Shown here: one piece after another, positions 60,201 to 64,000 of the stretch | Position numbering within the stretch: position 1 is the stretch's first letter | How the letters are laid out: every line of letters starts with the position of its first letter | NCBI RefSeq assembly: GCF_022045235.1 | Contig: NW_027266275.1 | Location: 28,396,001 to 28,460,000 of the forward strand | Reading direction: 5' to 3' | DNA from: Haliotis cracherodii | Taxonomy: Eukaryota | Length of the DNA stretch: 64,000 nt | The notes under the pieces: model-generated | Told to the model about the DNA's origin: nothing | What the model saw: only the letters and a program-made list of their open reading frames with translations | Databases searched by the model: none | Made by a program: the position numbers and the translations under genes

Positions 60201-61402
60201 TAGAAAAGGGTTGTGGTTTCTGTAACACCACAGACTCTGTTTTGTTATTCTTACCCTGACAATTCAACTGATGTTTATACTGCACTTTTGAATGAATTTT
60301 CTTTCTGTAAAATGAAAGACAACTGTATAATACCAGCTAACCCTAGTTTTGTGAAGATGGAGCCATGTTATATATTTCAAAGCACTGGAACACAGTATTA
60401 GGCTATTAGCTATAATGCCCGTGGACGTGTACACTCAATCTCTATGTGGCACCCTTAACCACTAAGCACCAATTATAAAAAAAGCTTTAGGGATGGTTCA
60501 TAATTTTCCAAGAAACAAGTTTGGGCTATATGTTGAACTTCTCATATCTGTAAATCCAATAGTCTTTTTTGTTGAAAGCCAGGCTGATTATAAAAAAAGC
60601 TTTAGGGATTGTTCATAATTTTCCAAGAAACAAGTTTGGGCTATATGTTGAACTTCTCATACCTCTTTTCACAATTGTTTTTGACACATAGCATCAATTG
60701 AGAATGTTCTCGAGTATAAAATGTTAGTTCCAGTGACGCGCTGAGAACTTTGTTCAACCATGTTGTGTGGAACTCACAACAATCACATAACTGTAAAATT
60801 GTTGAATGTGATGTAAAACAACATTTATCGTTCAATCATTCTGCAGAACTGGATAAGATCGAAATGCGGGTTTCTGCTGTCAGGCATCTATCTCTCACCT
60901 TCCCCAGCCCTGAGTCTGTATCCCTATGGCACCCGTGCCAAACAGTATGATTGTCTTGGTGACAAAAACACATTATAGCCTTTCGGAGAGGCACATTGCC
61001 ATGGTTGTATAGGCTTGCCGCTGCTCAGCAATGACACATGTACAACACAATGACAAGATGGCCACTTGTTTTATGCATAAGTATGTGAGATGAAGTTGTC
61101 AGTTGTCTTATTCAAACAGCCCAAGCTGTCTATTGTGTTGTATGTACCGGATAATAAATAAATTGTTAGGGATATCATGACATTTGATTGGCTAGCCAAC
61201 CACTTATATTTGGGTTTATGTTTTCATAGCCCTCAAAAAAAGGGGAGGCATGCCCACAAGCGGAAATCTCTTTCCTGATTGGCTGATGATGTGGTGGGTG
61301 GGGCTTGTATTGCCTTATAGCATTGAGCGATATATTTTCCGGAATTTGACCTCTGCTGCACATTTTGTTTTTGAAACCATTTGGTGCTTTGACATTTTAG
61401 AG

Positions 61403-61640
61403 ACCCATGAAGATCCAGATTAGAATAGGTCTTCAGCAACCCATGCTTGCCGTAAAAGGCAACGAACGGGACAGGGTGGTCAGGCTCGCTGACTTGATTG
61501 ATGCATGTCATCGTATCCCAATTGCGTGGATCGATGCTCATGATGTCAATCACTGGATTGTCTGGTCCAGACTCGATTACTTACAAACCGACGTCATATA
61601 GCGGGAATATTACTGAGTGCGGTGTTGAACAAGAAACACC
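61403..61640 (+). mobile_element. SINE-like family A
   Basis: Collinear with 44795-45060, lacking one internal duplicated segment. Confidence 0.9.
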
Positions 61641-62645
61641 ACACACCACAGAGATATCACATGCAAATTTCCATTACAGCCCTGGCAAATATTTTCATTA
61701 AATCATTCATTAAGCATGTTTTGGATTATTAGTGGAAGAACATGAATACATGACACTTTTTATGGATAGCAGCTTCTTTTAATTCTTTGTACGATGTTTT
61801 CAGAGTTACTCCTTGCTCCTTCATCAGGTGACTGCTTAAGTCAGTGTATTGAGTACTATATATAGATCATGATGCTTACACTTTACCCCAGCTTTATCTG
61901 CCATAAGGAAACAGTCATGATGAAGATACCGTGTCAGCTGGTTTGACAATCTGCATCGAGGCGAGGGTAATTTCAACTTTATTTGCAGAAATTATTAAAC
62001 TTTATTCAATGAAAGAGATACAAATCATGTTTATGTATGGAAATAGTTATTGGAACAGTTATTTAGGACAAAATGTGAAGTTTTATTGTCAAATGCTGGG
62101 CTGGCTATCGGACGCCGGTTGACATCGCCAGTGGAAAAAAATGTGAGATCTTCGACTCCGTGTATAAGACGACCCCCCTTCTTAGCCCCCTCATTTTAGG
62201 TACGAAAAACTCGCCTTATACACAGCGATATACGGTACCTAAAAATAAGTATATAAATATGTTTTCTCTTTAAAACATATTATGACATGACAGTCATTTC
62301 ATGTTGGCTCTTTTGTATGCAAGGGTTACTGTTATGAACAGTCTATTCTTCCTGTCAATATGGAATGCAAGATTGGCGGTAACCCAAACCATCACGCCAC
62401 CTACAGGATACCAAGGTAGACATTTGATATCTGTTACAGTTGGGTTTTATGTTTGTGCCAAGGTTTAGGATGTAATTGAAGCTGGTTATTTACTAAAACA
62501 GACACATGATCACACGTGCAATAGTAGCCATCGCCTACAGATTGGAAACAGTCTGTTGATTGAAGCTTTGTGTTTCATTATTGGGTATACAGGGGAAAGA
62601 TAGATAAGTGTTCTGAGGCTGTTGCACTTGATTAGCTTTATTACA

Positions 62646-63010
62646 TTGACACCTTGTTTTCTCTGAATGGGATCGTTTGTTGAAGTTGATGTGTCCATAG
62701 AGATGTATACTGGTATATGGGGATTGACACCTTGGTCTCTCTGAATGGGATCGTTTGTTGATGTTGATGTGTACTGGTATATGGGGATTGACACCTTGGT
62801 TTTTTGTGTGAATAGGATCGTTTGTTGAAGTGTCCATGGAGATGTGTACTGGTATATAGGGATTGACACCTTGTTTTTGTGTGAATGGGATTGTTGGTTG
62901 AAGTTGATGTGTCCATGGAGATGTATACTGGTAAATAGGGATTGACACCTTGGTTTTTTTCTGAATGGGATCGTTTGTTGAAATCGATGTGTCCATGGAT
63001 ATGTGTACTG
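62646..63010. repeat. Minisatellite, ~63-79 bp unit (ATTGACACCTTG..TGAATGGGATCGTTTGTTGAAGTTGATGTGTCCATGGAGATGTATACTGGTATATGGGG), 5 copies
   Basis: Directly visible tandem repeat. Confidence 0.9.
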
Positions 63011-64000
63011 CTGTTCTGGTTGAATAAAGTAACATTTACATATATGTTTTCTGATGAATTTAACGAAAAGGCTGTATATGAACTATATAAAAAAAGTGAA
63101 AACACTATCTACAAACTAAATGTAAGAGCTAAATCTTATCTGATGTGTACACTACATTGCCAAATATGTTTTCTGTGATGTTTATTTAGGCGTTTTCTTA
63201 TTCAGTGCTCAAAATTCAGTTGCCTATTTCTCTATCCGAATGCATGAGTGTATGTGCAAGTCATTAATATTTGAGTGTGGGTGGTAGAGCTGGATGTATG
63301 TGGGTGTGCATATTGATCTGTGATAGGTTGTGGCTTAGTTTCTGCTGGGACGCAGTAGGGGTCATGGCAGCACATGTGGTGGTAGCTCATGTATTGTTTC
63401 CAACACTACACTAATGAAACCTCATACATCCTGGGCAAGCTTGAGTGATTCCTGTAGAATAATGCCAGTTCATTATGTCCATGTTATATATATCGTGTAT
63501 GTTCATTCCACATGTCCAACTACTGTATTATAAGCAGCTGTGGGCTTGTGCTACGGAGTGTTGTCACTGATTGGCTGAAAATTCATTTGATCACACTGAT
63601 TGGCTGAAAATTCATTTGTTGATCAGTGTTGATGAGGAGATAGGGATAGATGTATATATATTTGTCTAGACCATACAAAACACTCCAAGCACCTGCCCTG
63701 TCTCTGGAAGTGTTTATGGACAGAATTATGTATAGTATTAGTTAGATGAGGTCGCATTTAATCATCTGCCTGAGGTTGGCCTGGAACAAACGATTGTTTT
63801 CCATAGAACAGTTGGTATATGTATTATGTTTAGGCTGGTTAAAAAAGTAAATCTTTGTTTATGGTTATGATTTCATGTTTTGTCAAAACATATTTTTTCT
63901 GAAAGTTTGTTTTTATTATGCCTGAGGACTTTAAAATTGAAGTACTGGCATTCTTCCAGGTATTGGGTATCTTCAGTCATTTTTTCTTCAGATTTTTTTG

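Noticed and set aside
59897-60285. Arg/Cys/Trp-rich protamine-like ORF and His/Leu-rich antisense ORF
   Set aside because: Both are translations of a hexamer microsatellite.
62510-63178. Overlapping 119-166 aa ORFs
   Set aside because: They are produced by the minisatellite, with all three minus frames open and no domain.

Overview
AT-rich, repeat-dense animal genomic DNA with no prokaryotic features. The SINE and MITE content suggests a mollusc, possibly abalone (inference from memory, not checked). The main feature is a ~10.3 kb head-to-tail array (~9340-19720) of six near-identical, intronless 261-aa TSSK1/2-like Ser/Thr kinase genes in ~1.59 kb units. Each gene has its own TATA box and Inr-like sequence, and a ~0.8 kb spacer built from ~40-70 bp subrepeats. 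Each spacer carries 7-8 perfect, co-oriented nuclear-receptor DR1 elements (TGACCTTTGACCT; about 53 in the array by my manual count), many followed by an ATTGT-N8-ACAAT dyad. The array shows a two-unit higher-order structure, diverged margins, scrambled kinase relics at its left edge, and a perfect 35-bp-stem hairpin just past its right edge. To its left are a decayed AcademX-type DNA transposon (4511-8777, TAG..CTA TIRs, AGA TSD), a Penelope-like RT fragment and a minisatellite. To its right are a probable first coding exon (21813-21905) and ~42 kb of mostly non-coding DNA with SINEs, Kolobok-, pogo-, hAT- and Helentron-like non-autonomous elements and several minisatellites, one derived from a SINE.
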